A stretch of 64,000 nt of DNA from Candidatus Dormiibacterota bacterium (lineage in GTDB: Bacteria > Chloroflexota > Dormibacteria > Aeolococcales > Aeolococcaceae): positions 1,408,001 through 1,472,000 of the forward strand of contig OY970355.1 in assembly GCA_963718525.1 (NCBI GenBank). Direction: 5' to 3'. The translations under genes were made by a program, and so were the position numbers. Below the pieces are notes generated by a model, which made no database searches, was not told the DNA's origin, and saw only the letters and a list, made by a program, of their open reading frames with translations. This document shows positions 49,744 through 58,827 of this stretch, one piece after another. Position 1 is the first letter of the stretch. The number at the start of each line of letters is the position of its first letter.

Positions 49744-50013
49744 CTAGCGGTTACGTGGATTCCGCGGCCGTTTGCGGCCGTAGGCGACGCCTTCCGCGAC
49801 CGGATCGAAGGCGGCCCCCGGCCCGGTGGCCGGGGTGATGCCTTCGCCCTGCACAAACACTTTGCGAGAGCCGACGTCGATCAGGTACGCGAGCGACTTC
49901 CCGCCCGACTGGTCCGGGATCATCGACACGTCAGCGACTGTCCCGGTACGGCGGCTGCCGCCGTATGGAAAGCTGACCCTCGTCCCTACCGCGATTGGGC
50001 CGCCGTCACTCAC
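49744..50013 (-). CDS. Small hypothetical protein, possibly SH3/KOW-like, with basic tail
   Basis: GTGA overlap with the upstream zinc-ribbon gene. Beta-rich VGTRVSF....RTGTV. Confidence 0.6.
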   Translation of the reverse strand: MSDGGPIAVGTRVSFPYGGSRRTGTVADVSMIPDQSGGKSLAYLIDVGSRKVFVQGEGITPATGPGAAFDPVAEGVAYGRKRPRNPRNR

Positions 50014-50345
50014 CGAGGCGCTGCGCGGAAGCAGTCGCTGCAGTAAACGGGCTTGTCGCCACGCGGCTGGAACGGAACGCGCGCAACGCCCCCGCAGCCG
50101 GCGCAAGGCACTTCGTACATCTGGCGAGGGCCATTGCTGCGGTATCCGCCGCCGCCACCGCCACTACCGCCAAAGCCGCCGCCGCCACCACCGCCGCCGC
50201 CACTCTGACGACGCGCCGCTCTGCAGCTGGGGCAGCGAGAAGGGGGGTTTGTGAGGCCACGAGAGGCAAAAAAGTCCTGCTCGCCCTCAGTCCAAATGAA
50301 GTCGACGCCGCAATCGCGGCAACGTAGAGTCTGGTCTACCGACAC
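50010..50345 (-). CDS. Double zinc-ribbon protein (zf-trcl + CxxC-x17-CxxC) with Gly-rich linker
   Basis: CRDC..F..TEGEQDFF...P.RCPSC and CAGCG...VPFQP...KPVYCSDCF. Confidence 0.92.
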   Translation of the reverse strand: MSVDQTLRCRDCGVDFIWTEGEQDFFASRGLTNPPSRCPSCRAARRQSGGGGGGGGGFGGSGGGGGGYRSNGPRQMYEVPCAGCGGVARVPFQPRGDKPVYCSDCFRAAPR

Positions 50346-50565
50346 GCGCCTTGTTCCTCCGTCCGGCGCGTTGTGATACGGCGACCGGGTTGGTGATAGT
50401 TACGGGGTAACAGTACACGGTCGAGAGGGTCCTCGCAAAGGGATAACTGCGTGACAACCCAGCCTTTCCATTGCGCTGTTACGATCTTGCGATCCCTGGA
50501 CAGGAGCAGGCCGGAGACGCACAGGGCGCCTCGGTGGCTGCCGGTAGGGGTGGAGGGCAGCTCCA

Positions 50566-51750
50566 ATGCCACCAGCGCGCCATCGCCTCTTCACGTCCGA
50601 GTCGGTCACCGAGGGACACCCCGACAAGGTCGCGGACCAGATCAGTGATGCCGTCCTTGACGCGGTCCTGAGCAAGGATCCACTCGGCCGGGTCGCCTGT
50701 GAGACCGCGCTGAGCACCGGAACGGTCCTGGTCTTCGGGGAGATCACCACCGAGGCCTATGTGGACATTGCCGGACTCGTCCGCCAGACAATCAAGGAGA
50801 TCGGCTACACCCGCGCGAAGTACGGCATCGACTGGGAGACCTGCGGCGTCCTGGTCGGGATCGACGAGCAGTCTCCGGACATCTCTCAGGGCGTCAATCA
50901 TGGCGGTGCCGGCGACCAGGGAATGATGTTCGGGTACGCCTGTGACGAGACTCCCGAGCTGATGCCGGCGCCGATTCAAATGGCCCACCAGCTCGCTCGC
51001 CGGCTCGCGGTTCTGCGCCGCGACGGCACGCTGCGCTGGGCTCGGCCGGATGGCAAGACGCAGGTGACCATCGAATACGACAACGAAGGGCGCCCGCGCC
51101 GCGTCGACACGGTGCTTGTCAGCGTGCAGCACGGCGAAGAGGTGACCCAGGAGCAGATCTTCGAGGACGTCCAGCACCACGTCGTCGAGAAGGTGATCCC
51201 CGCCGATTGGCTGGATGCGGGCACCAAGCGGTACGTGAACCCGACCGGTCGCTTCGTCATCGGCGGCCCGATGGCCGACGCCGGGCTCACCGGTCGCAAG
51301 ATCATCGTCGACACGTACGGCGGATATGCCCGCCACGGCGGGGGCGCCTTCAGCGGCAAGGATCCCTCCAAGGTCGATCGCAGCGCGGCGTACGGGGCGC
51401 GCTGGGCTGCCAAGAACGCCGTCGCCGCGGGGCTCGCGACCAAATGTGAGATCCAGGTCGCGTACGCCATCGGCGTTGCCAAGCCCGTCTCGGTCCTGGT
51501 GGAGACGTTCGGCACCGAGAAGGTGCCGGCCGACATGATCGCCTCGCTCATCGACGAGTACATCGATCTGTCGCCCTTCGGGATCATGAGCGCCCTCGAG
51601 CTGCGCCGCCCCATCTACCGCCAGGTCGCGGCCTATGGCCACTTCGGCCGCAGCGATCTGGACCTGCCGTGGGAGCGCACCACGCTCGCCGAGCAGTGGG
51701 CCGAGGACGCCGGCACCGAGCCTCTTCTCGTCGCGGCAGCCACGGCGTAG
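50566..51750 (+). CDS. metK: S-adenosylmethionine synthetase
   Basis: [46 protein letters not shown]. Confidence 0.98.
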   Translation: MPPARHRLFTSESVTEGHPDKVADQISDAVLDAVLSKDPLGRVACETALSTGTVLVFGEITTEAYVDIAGLVRQTIKEIGYTRAKYGIDWETCGVLVGIDEQSPDISQGVNHGGAGDQGMMFGYACDETPELMPAPIQMAHQLARRLAVLRRDGTLRWARPDGKTQVTIEYDNEGRPRRVDTVLVSVQHGEEVTQEQIFEDVQHHVVEKVIPADWLDAGTKRYVNPTGRFVIGGPMADAGLTGRKIIVDTYGGYARHGGGAFSGKDPSKVDRSAAYGARWAAKNAVAAGLATKCEIQVAYAIGVAKPVSVLVETFGTEKVPADMIASLIDEYIDLSPFGIMSALELRRPIYRQVAAYGHFGRSDLDLPWERTTLAEQWAEDAGTEPLLVAAATA

Positions 51751-51773
51751 TCGCGGGCTCCGGAGGACAGCGC

Positions 51774-52913
51774 GTGGGTCTGCACATCCTCGTGCTTGCT
51801 GGCGGCAGCGGCACCCGGCTGTGGCCGCTGAGCCGGCGGTCGACGCCCAAGCATCTGCTCCCCCTGGCTCGGGGGGGCCAGACGTTGCTGCGGGCGACGC
51901 TTGACCGCGTGGTCGGGCTGGGCGACAGCGTCCGGATCGTCACGGCGGGCGATCAGATCGAAGGCTGCCGTGAAGCCCTCGCAGAGCTGTCGCTCCCCGA
52001 TAGCGCGTACATCGCGGAACCGCTCGCTCGTGGGACTGGCCCGGCTCTCGGCCTGGCGGTCGGCCTCATCGCGCGCGAGGATCCGGATGCGCTGATCGCG
52101 AGCGTCCACGCCGACCATCGGGTCAGCGACGCGGCGGCGTATCGCGCGGCAGTGCTCGCTTCAGCCGGGTGGGCCAAGGCAACCGACGGTCTCGCGACCG
52201 TCGGTCTGGTACCCGTCGCACCGGTCACCGGGTTCGGCTACATCGAGCTGGGCGAGCCTCGACGCCCCGAGGATTGGAGCGCGCCCGAGGGGAGTCCGAC
52301 GCACGCGGCGGCAGCGGCGGGGCTGCTGCCAGCCTTCGAGTCGGCGGGATTCACCGAGAAGCCGTCAGCCGAGATGGCCCAGGCCTACGTGAGGGGTGGG
52401 CGGCATCTCTGGAACCTCGGCCTCTTCGCGTGGACGGCGCGTCGGTTCCTCGACGAGCTGCGCGCCGACGACCCGGAGCTCAGCTCCGCCCTGGAGAGGG
52501 TGGTGGACGCCCGCGTCCGAGGCGACGACCAGGAGGCCACCAGAATCTACGGGGCTCAGCGGGCCCAGGCGGTCGAGCCGCTCGTGCTGGAACGCACCTC
52601 CCGCCTCACCGTCGTGGAGGCGACCTTTGGCTGGTCCGACCTCGGGTCGTGGACGGATGTTCACGATGCACGGGTGGCGGAAGGCGACGTCGACGGCGAT
52701 GGGAACGTTCTCGAAGGCAGCGCGTTCGTCACCGCGGCCCGCGGATGCACCGTCGTCTCGCGCTCCGGCAGGATCGTCGCCGTCGCCGGCATCGATGGTG
52801 TTGTGGTGGTCGACACCCCGGACGCCGTGCTGGTGGTTCCCGCGCTGCAGTCGCAGCTCCTCAAGGAGGTCGTCGACCAGCTTCGCTCGGCCGGCCGCGA
52901 TGAGGTCCTCTGA
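51774..52913 (+). CDS. manC: Mannose-1-phosphate guanylyltransferase
   Basis: LAGGSGTRLWPLSR...PK, EP..RGT, ADH, FTEKP, WN.G, WSDLGSW. Confidence 0.92.
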   Translation: MGLHILVLAGGSGTRLWPLSRRSTPKHLLPLARGGQTLLRATLDRVVGLGDSVRIVTAGDQIEGCREALAELSLPDSAYIAEPLARGTGPALGLAVGLIAREDPDALIASVHADHRVSDAAAYRAAVLASAGWAKATDGLATVGLVPVAPVTGFGYIELGEPRRPEDWSAPEGSPTHAAAAAGLLPAFESAGFTEKPSAEMAQAYVRGGRHLWNLGLFAWTARRFLDELRADDPELSSALERVVDARVRGDDQEATRIYGAQRAQAVEPLVLERTSRLTVVEATFGWSDLGSWTDVHDARVAEGDVDGDGNVLEGSAFVTAARGCTVVSRSGRIVAVAGIDGVVVVDTPDAVLVVPALQSQLLKEVVDQLRSAGRDEVL

Positions 52914-52960
52914 TCCGCAGCCCTGGGAAGCCGCGGATGCGTGCGATTAGAATGGGGCAG

Positions 52961-54418
52961 ATGATGCCGAGCCCGATCCGGTTCGGGACCGACGGATGGC
53001 GGGCCGTGGTCGCGGATGACTTCACGTACGCGAACGTTCGCTGCGTTGCCCAGGGTGTCGCGTCGTATCTCGCGGCTGACCCCCGCGCCGTCGTCGTGGG
53101 ACACGACTCGCGTTTCTGTGCCGAGTTGTTCGCGCGCGAGGTCGCGCAGGTGCTCGTCGCCAACGGGCGTCGCGTCATCCTGCTCGACCGCGTGACCCCG
53201 ACCCCGGCGGTCTCCTGGGCGATCACCCGGCACCAGGCTGCCGGTGGGATCGTCGTCACCGCAAGCCACAACTCCGCGGAGTTCAACGGCATCAAGTACA
53301 AACCGGACTTCGGTGGATCGGCCCCGCCCGAGGTCGTCACCGAGATCGAGCGCCACACCGCGGCGGCAATCGAGTCGGGTGTCACCACGATGACCTACAA
53401 GGAGGCGGTCGCGACCGGACGCCTCGACTTTGTCGATCCCCTCCCGGACTTCTTCGAACAACTCGGCAAGATGGTTGACCTCGACGCGCTCCGCAATCAC
53501 GGTCTGCGTGTGCTCCACGAAGCCATGTACGGTGCCGGAGCGGGACTCATTGCCCGAGCGCTCCAGGGTGGATCGACGACCGTCGAGGAGCTGCACGGCG
53601 AGCGGAACCCGGGATTTGGCGGGATGCACCCGGAGCCCATCGATCGCTACATGCCCGAGGCGATGGAGCGCATGCGGTCGGGGCACTTCGACCTCGGGAT
53701 CGCCAACGACGGCGACGCCGATCGCGTCGGCATCATCGACGAGACCGGTCGCTACATCAATCAACTGCAGGTGATGGCCCTCTTCGCGATGTACCTGCTC
53801 GAGAAGCGCGGGCTGCGCGGCGACATCGTGCGTTCGATCACGACCTCGGGGATGATCGACGCCCTGGGTGAACGCTTCGGAGTCACGGTGCACGAGATGC
53901 CCGTCGGCTTCAAGTACATCGGCGGGAAGATGATGGAAACCGACGCACTTCTCGGCGGTGAGGAATCCGGCGGCTACGCGTTCCGTGGCCACATCCCCGA
54001 GCGCGACGGCATCCTGTCCGGACTGATGATGGCCGCGATGATCGTCGACTACGGGCTGCCCCTTTCTGGGATCCTCGCCCACCTCGAAGACCTCGTCGGA
54101 CCGCACGCCTACGACCGCCACGACATTCGGTTTCCCCGCGACGGTTACGAAGAGCGCAAGGAGCAGATCTACGCGCGCATGCAGCAGAACGAGCCGGACA
54201 CCCTTGCCGGGAGCAGGGTCGCGCGCACCCGCACCGATGATGGTTACAAGTTCTACATGGACGACGGATCCTGGGTGCTGATGCGCATGAGCGGGACCGA
54301 GCCGCTCATGCGGGTCTATGCCGAGGCAACCACAAAGGAGCGGGTGGAGCAGCTCATCGGCGCCCTTGAGAACCAGAGCGGTGTCTCCGAGCGCATCGCC
54401 GTGGGCGCGAGCGAATGA
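52961..54418 (+). CDS. manB: Phosphoglucomutase/phosphomannomutase
   Basis: FGTDGWR, TASHN, DGDADR, GGEESGG, R.SGTEP. Confidence 0.93.
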   Translation: MMPSPIRFGTDGWRAVVADDFTYANVRCVAQGVASYLAADPRAVVVGHDSRFCAELFAREVAQVLVANGRRVILLDRVTPTPAVSWAITRHQAAGGIVVTASHNSAEFNGIKYKPDFGGSAPPEVVTEIERHTAAAIESGVTTMTYKEAVATGRLDFVDPLPDFFEQLGKMVDLDALRNHGLRVLHEAMYGAGAGLIARALQGGSTTVEELHGERNPGFGGMHPEPIDRYMPEAMERMRSGHFDLGIANDGDADRVGIIDETGRYINQLQVMALFAMYLLEKRGLRGDIVRSITTSGMIDALGERFGVTVHEMPVGFKYIGGKMMETDALLGGEESGGYAFRGHIPERDGILSGLMMAAMIVDYGLPLSGILAHLEDLVGPHAYDRHDIRFPRDGYEERKEQIYARMQQNEPDTLAGSRVARTRTDDGYKFYMDDGSWVLMRMSGTEPLMRVYAEATTKERVEQLIGALENQSGVSERIAVGASE

Positions 54419-54816
54419 AAGACATCGCAGAGGCGTCCGAATCCATCCACGCGTCCGGTTCGAGACGCGTCGAGAAACCCTGGGGCTACGAGCTCCGCTG
54501 GGCCATTACCGAACGCTACCTGGGAAAGTTGATCCACATCAACCAGGGCCACTCGCTGAGCCTGCAGTACCACGTGCAGAAGGACGAGTGGATCTACCTC
54601 CAGTCCGGAGCCCTGGACCTCCAGCTGGAGGACGGCAACGGCGAGATGGAGACCCACAGGCTGGCTCCGGGCATGAGCGCCCACGTGCGTGCGGGTCGCC
54701 GCCATCGTTTCGTCGCCGTCGAGGACAGCGACGTCTTCGAGGTGTCGTCGCCGGAGATCGACGATGTGGTGCGCCTCGAGGACAGTTACGGACGGGCTGG
54801 GACCTCGGCTCCGTGA
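54415..54816 (+). CDS. Cupin protein, mannose-6-phosphate isomerase type II C-terminal-like
   Basis: VEKPWG, SLQYH..KDE, HRF, EVS, DDVVRLEDSYGR. Confidence 0.85.
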   Translation: MKDIAEASESIHASGSRRVEKPWGYELRWAITERYLGKLIHINQGHSLSLQYHVQKDEWIYLQSGALDLQLEDGNGEMETHRLAPGMSAHVRAGRRHRFVAVEDSDVFEVSSPEIDDVVRLEDSYGRAGTSAP

Positions 54817-54856
54817 GCTGAGCCCGCCGAGTTCTCCACTGTTTCCACAGGCCGAC

Positions 54857-55717
54857 GTGGATAATCGAACAGGTTTTCGCCGTCGGGGCCATGGCTACCT
54901 GGCGGACCAGGCGCGCAATGCCCTGGGGATCTCCGGCGAGGTCCGGGTGCTCGCCGAGATCCCGCTTCCCATGGTGCACACCGCGTTCGGCCTCGCAGTG
55001 GCGGCGGCCGAGGTACTCCTCCGGCCCGAGGCCGTCGGGCTCGACAGGAGTGCCGCCGCCGATGCCGGCCTGGCCATTCTCACCGGTCTGATCCTGGTCG
55101 CATACGACTTCTTGATCTATCCGTCCGATTCGAGGCCGGGGCCGGTGGGCACGGCGCTGCCCATGGCCGCCGTGCTGTCGTTCGGAACGCTGCTAGCCAT
55201 CGCGGTGCTGCCCCTCTCGATCCGGATCGCCGGTGGCGCGATCGCTGCCGTGGTGATCGGAGGGGTGCCTCAGCTCGCCGGTCGCCGGGCGCTCGGGAAG
55301 GAGGGGTGGTTCACCCGGCTGATCAGGGACGTCTCGGGGATCGCCGTCCTGGCACCCGTGCTCATCGGGGCCTTCGCACCCACGCTACCGGTCCGCCTCC
55401 GGCTCGCAGCCGTGTTCCTCGTGGTGTTCCTGGTGAGCCTCGACAGCCTGCGCACCGAGCGCCTCTCCATTCCTCTTACGATCCTGTGCGCTCTCCTGGT
55501 CGGCGGCGTCGTCGTCGGGGGCGCCGCGCTGATAGGGGCGAGCAACGCTCACACGGGGCTGCGAGCCGCGATCCTGCTCGTGCTCTGGTACGGCGCCCGA
55601 GGCGTCGCCGGCGCATTCGGCGGCCCGTCAGGGCGCCGCTGGGTCATCGCGGAATATGCCCTTTTCGTGATCGCAGCGATTGCCGGCGCGATCTGGGCGC
55701 ACCTCGCCCCCTTCTGA
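54857..55717 (+). CDS. Hypothetical polytopic membrane protein
   Basis: About 8 hydrophobic segments. Start uncertain. Confidence 0.65.
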   Translation: MDNRTGFRRRGHGYLADQARNALGISGEVRVLAEIPLPMVHTAFGLAVAAAEVLLRPEAVGLDRSAAADAGLAILTGLILVAYDFLIYPSDSRPGPVGTALPMAAVLSFGTLLAIAVLPLSIRIAGGAIAAVVIGGVPQLAGRRALGKEGWFTRLIRDVSGIAVLAPVLIGAFAPTLPVRLRLAAVFLVVFLVSLDSLRTERLSIPLTILCALLVGGVVVGGAALIGASNAHTGLRAAILLVLWYGARGVAGAFGGPSGRRWVIAEYALFVIAAIAGAIWAHLAPF

Positions 55718-55727
55718 GCCGAGAGGC

Positions 55728-56930
55728 TCAGAAGAGACGCAGGCCCTGCCCCGCGGCGATCCGTGGCGGGGTCGCATCTGCGGAGTGGAGGCGCTCCACC
55801 TGCGCTTGTGACTTCTCGACCTGCTCAGAGAGGTCGTGGACGGTGATCTTCATCGCCTCGAGTGCCCGGAGCTTGTACGTGTCGATCTGGTCGAGGGCGG
55901 CGAAGACGTTGTCCCACGCGCGCTGGAGCGAGCCCATGTCGATGCCCGGGCTGGCTGCCTGGCTCTCCACGGTGGCCGTCTGCTCACGCAGCACCGAGGA
56001 GGTGCTCTCGATCATCGAGCTCGTGGTCTCGTTCACCGCCTTGACCTGCTCACTCACGAGCTTCTGGTTGGTGAGCGCTTGCGCGACCATGACCGCGGTT
56101 CGCAGCGCGGCAACCGTCGTGGTGGTGGCGGTGCGAACAGCGCGGACGAGCTCGCGGTTGTTGACCTCCACGACGCGGAGCGCCGCGTAGCCCTGGACGG
56201 CGACGGCGAGCTGCGTGAGGATCTCCTGACGCCGGCGCCTGACCGGATAGAGGATGTCCTCCTGGAGCACCCTGGCGCGCTCGGGATCGCCGATCGCCAC
56301 GTGATTGATCTGGGCTTCCAGGCCGGTGTCGAGCTTCTCTGCCATGTAGGTGTACTGGCGGAGGGTCTCCATCTGCGACCAGAGCGCTTTCTGCTCCTGA
56401 CCGATCGCCGCGTTGTCCTTCTCGAGCTCGGCACCACCTTCGCGCAGGGCACCGACGATGCCCTCGATGTGGCTCTGCGACCGCTGATATTTCGCGAAGT
56501 ACGCGCGCACCCGGTCGCCGAACGGCACGACTCCCAGAAGCTTCCGGGGACCACCCTGGGTCAGATCATGCTTCGCAGGATTGAGCTCCTCGACCGAACG
56601 GCGCAGCTCCAGCAGGCTCTTGGCGATCGGAGCGTCGCCCTGACCGAGGCCGCTCATCGCGCGAGTCGGACGGTCGAGCAGTCGGTTGCTCATGTCGGAC
56701 GTGGACCTGATCTCGCGATCGGCGAGGCTGTCGATGTCGTCGACGCGCCTGCGGTAGTCATCGCCGTGGACGTCGATCGACCGGAGGCCGCCGACGAACG
56801 TTGCAACCATGCCGTCGATCCGCTTCGCAGCCTCGGGGTCGATGGTCACCTCGCGCTCTGCCTCGGCCGGGCCCACCGTTGTGGCCGCTGCCGGCGCTGA
56901 GAGGGAGAGCTCGGGAAGGTCTGCTGTCAC
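55728..56930 (-). CDS. telA: Toxic anion resistance protein (TelA family)
   Basis: YFAKYQRSQSHI, LEKDNA, NNRELVRAV..A.TTTV.AL, helical coiled-coil character. Confidence 0.88.
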   Translation of the reverse strand: MTADLPELSLSAPAAATTVGPAEAEREVTIDPEAAKRIDGMVATFVGGLRSIDVHGDDYRRRVDDIDSLADREIRSTSDMSNRLLDRPTRAMSGLGQGDAPIAKSLLELRRSVEELNPAKHDLTQGGPRKLLGVVPFGDRVRAYFAKYQRSQSHIEGIVGALREGGAELEKDNAAIGQEQKALWSQMETLRQYTYMAEKLDTGLEAQINHVAIGDPERARVLQEDILYPVRRRRQEILTQLAVAVQGYAALRVVEVNNRELVRAVRTATTTTVAALRTAVMVAQALTNQKLVSEQVKAVNETTSSMIESTSSVLREQTATVESQAASPGIDMGSLQRAWDNVFAALDQIDTYKLRALEAMKITVHDLSEQVEKSQAQVERLHSADATPPRIAAGQGLRLF

Positions 56931-58501
56931 TGAGTCACGTGCTCCTCGCTGGCGTCCGTCCCGGCGGAGGCCGGGTCCGTGATCGTGACAGGAGTTTGCC
57001 GCTTGCGCCGCCCGTTTCGGTCACCGTTCTCATACGACGTGCCGTTGCGGGCGCCGTTGAGATGCTGCGTTTCCGGCTGTGAGGACGCCGCCCTCGTGAT
57101 GGCGGGCAGCAATGACTGACGGGCCAGGCCGGTGAGCGCACCTGCCTGCTGGATGATCTCCGCGAGCGCACCAGTCACGCCCTGGGCGCCGTTGAGCACG
57201 GTGAACTGGTCGACATGCTCGAACGGGGCTGCAGCGGCAGCCACGATCTCGGGCAGCTTCTCGGCGATCTGCTGGGCGATGACCGCCTCCTGGTTCTGGC
57301 TCATCGCCGCGGCCCGGCGCTCGATACCAGATGCCTCCGCCTCCATGCGGGCGCGGATGGCGTCAGCTTCGGCGAGGCCCTTGGCCTTGATGGCATCGGC
57401 TTCCGCCTGCCCGGTGATCCGGGTGGCGTCGGCCTGGGCGGTCGCCTGCATCTTGAGAGCGGCAGCCTGTGCTTCCGCCTGCACCTTGGTCTGCGCTGCC
57501 ACCGCCTCGGCGCGAAGACGAACCTCCTGCGCCTCCGCCTCTGCCTGACGGATGCGCACGTCGCGTCCAGCGGCCGCGAGCGTGGTCTGCCGGTACGCCT
57601 CGGCGTCAGCCGGCCGGCGCACGTCGACCTGGAGCTGCTGTTCCTTCTGTTGCGCCTGCAACTCCGCCACCCGCGTCTGCTCGGTGACGACTGCCTGGTG
57701 GGCCTTTGCCTCGGACAGCGGTCCCTGCTGCGCCGCGAGCTGAGTGGCCGTGTCGGTCTCGGCCTGGTAGCCCGCCTTCTTGATGTTGGTATCGCGGGCT
57801 GACTCGGCCATGAGGGCCTGCGCGACCTGCTCCTGACTCACCGCGGTGCGCTCGGCGTTGGCGCGCGCGATGCGAGCGTTCTGCTCGACCTCGGCCTGGT
57901 GTGGCGCGGCGAGGTTCTCGATGTAGTTCGAGGGACTCGTGATCGATTGAATCTGGAAGCTGTCGATCACCAGCCCGAACGACTCCATCTCCTGCGAGCA
58001 GCGATCGCGCACCTGCTGCGCGAACTTGTCCTGGTCGCTGATCATGTCCTCAACGGTCATCGAGCCCGCGATGGCCCGCAGGTGACCGACGAACACGTTC
58101 TGGACCTTGGTCTCGAGCTCCTGGGCCGGCCGGTCCAGAAAGCGCCGAGCCGCGTTGGCGATCGAGCGGTAGTCGTCGCCCACCTTGTAGACGATCACAC
58201 CGCGCAGGTCGACGCGGATCTTCTGCTGCGAGACGCAGGGCACCCCGATCTCACTCTCGTGCGCTTCGAGGGAGAGGCGGCGAACCCGGGTGATGCCGGG
58301 AGCGACCAGGCATCCGCGTCCGGTGACGATGCGGAAGCCCATGCTCTCGCCCACGCCGTCGGGACGCTGGTTGGTCCGGAAACCGCTGATGATCAGCGCC
58401 TCGTCCGGCTCGGCGACGCGCCACGCTGCCCGAAACAGCAGTACCAGCATCAGCAGCCCGCCGATGATGATTCCCAAGATCACGTAGGCCAGCGTTGTCA
58501 T
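56927..58501 (-). CDS. Flotillin/SPFH domain protein
   Basis: N-terminal TM, PDEALIISG, AARRFL, GHLRAIAGSMTVE, GLVIDSFQIQ, AEA-rich coiled coil. Confidence 0.93.
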   Translation of the reverse strand: MTTLAYVILGIIIGGLLMLVLLFRAAWRVAEPDEALIISGFRTNQRPDGVGESMGFRIVTGRGCLVAPGITRVRRLSLEAHESEIGVPCVSQQKIRVDLRGVIVYKVGDDYRSIANAARRFLDRPAQELETKVQNVFVGHLRAIAGSMTVEDMISDQDKFAQQVRDRCSQEMESFGLVIDSFQIQSITSPSNYIENLAAPHQAEVEQNARIARANAERTAVSQEQVAQALMAESARDTNIKKAGYQAETDTATQLAAQQGPLSEAKAHQAVVTEQTRVAELQAQQKEQQLQVDVRRPADAEAYRQTTLAAAGRDVRIRQAEAEAQEVRLRAEAVAAQTKVQAEAQAAALKMQATAQADATRITGQAEADAIKAKGLAEADAIRARMEAEASGIERRAAAMSQNQEAVIAQQIAEKLPEIVAAAAAPFEHVDQFTVLNGAQGVTGALAEIIQQAGALTGLARQSLLPAITRAASSQPETQHLNGARNGTSYENGDRNGRRKRQTPVTITDPASAGTDASEEHVTQ

Positions 58502-58725
58502 CGTGGCAACCTCATGGTGTCTGTCGGCGCCACCTCAACGGTGCGACCGCCCAGGCTACCCACCACAAGGACCTGGGAGTGTTTGGTGATGGTTGCGGCC
58601 TTGTCCGAGGCGCATGCGAGGAAGCGCTCGGTGCCCGCCCGAACCTCGATGAGCACCTCACCGAGGTGTCCCGGGGTGATGTCGGCGGTCACTCTCGCCA
58701 GCTTGCCGACCACGTCGATGGCCAT
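58498..58725 (-). CDS. Small NfeD-like C-terminal OB-fold protein
   Basis: VGKLARVTADI.PG..GEV.......E...A, typical flotillin partner. SD AAGGAG. ATGA overlap with the flotillin start. Confidence 0.8.
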   Translation of the reverse strand: MAIDVVGKLARVTADITPGHLGEVLIEVRAGTERFLACASDKAATITKHSQVLVVGSLGGRTVEVAPTDTMRLPR

Positions 58726-58827
58726 TCGTCGAAGCTCCTTACCAGACACACGATACCCGCGGTTTTGGGCCTCAAATCCTGAACCTGACGCTACTCGGCT
58801 TTCGGCTCAGACGGCATGCCCCGCGCC

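Noticed and set aside
50145-50200. CCG/CCA triplet run as a tandem repeat locus
   Set aside because: It encodes the poly-Gly linker of the zinc-ribbon protein.
50479-54121. Long minus-strand ORFs opposite metK and manB
   Set aside because: Shadow ORFs of conserved genes.
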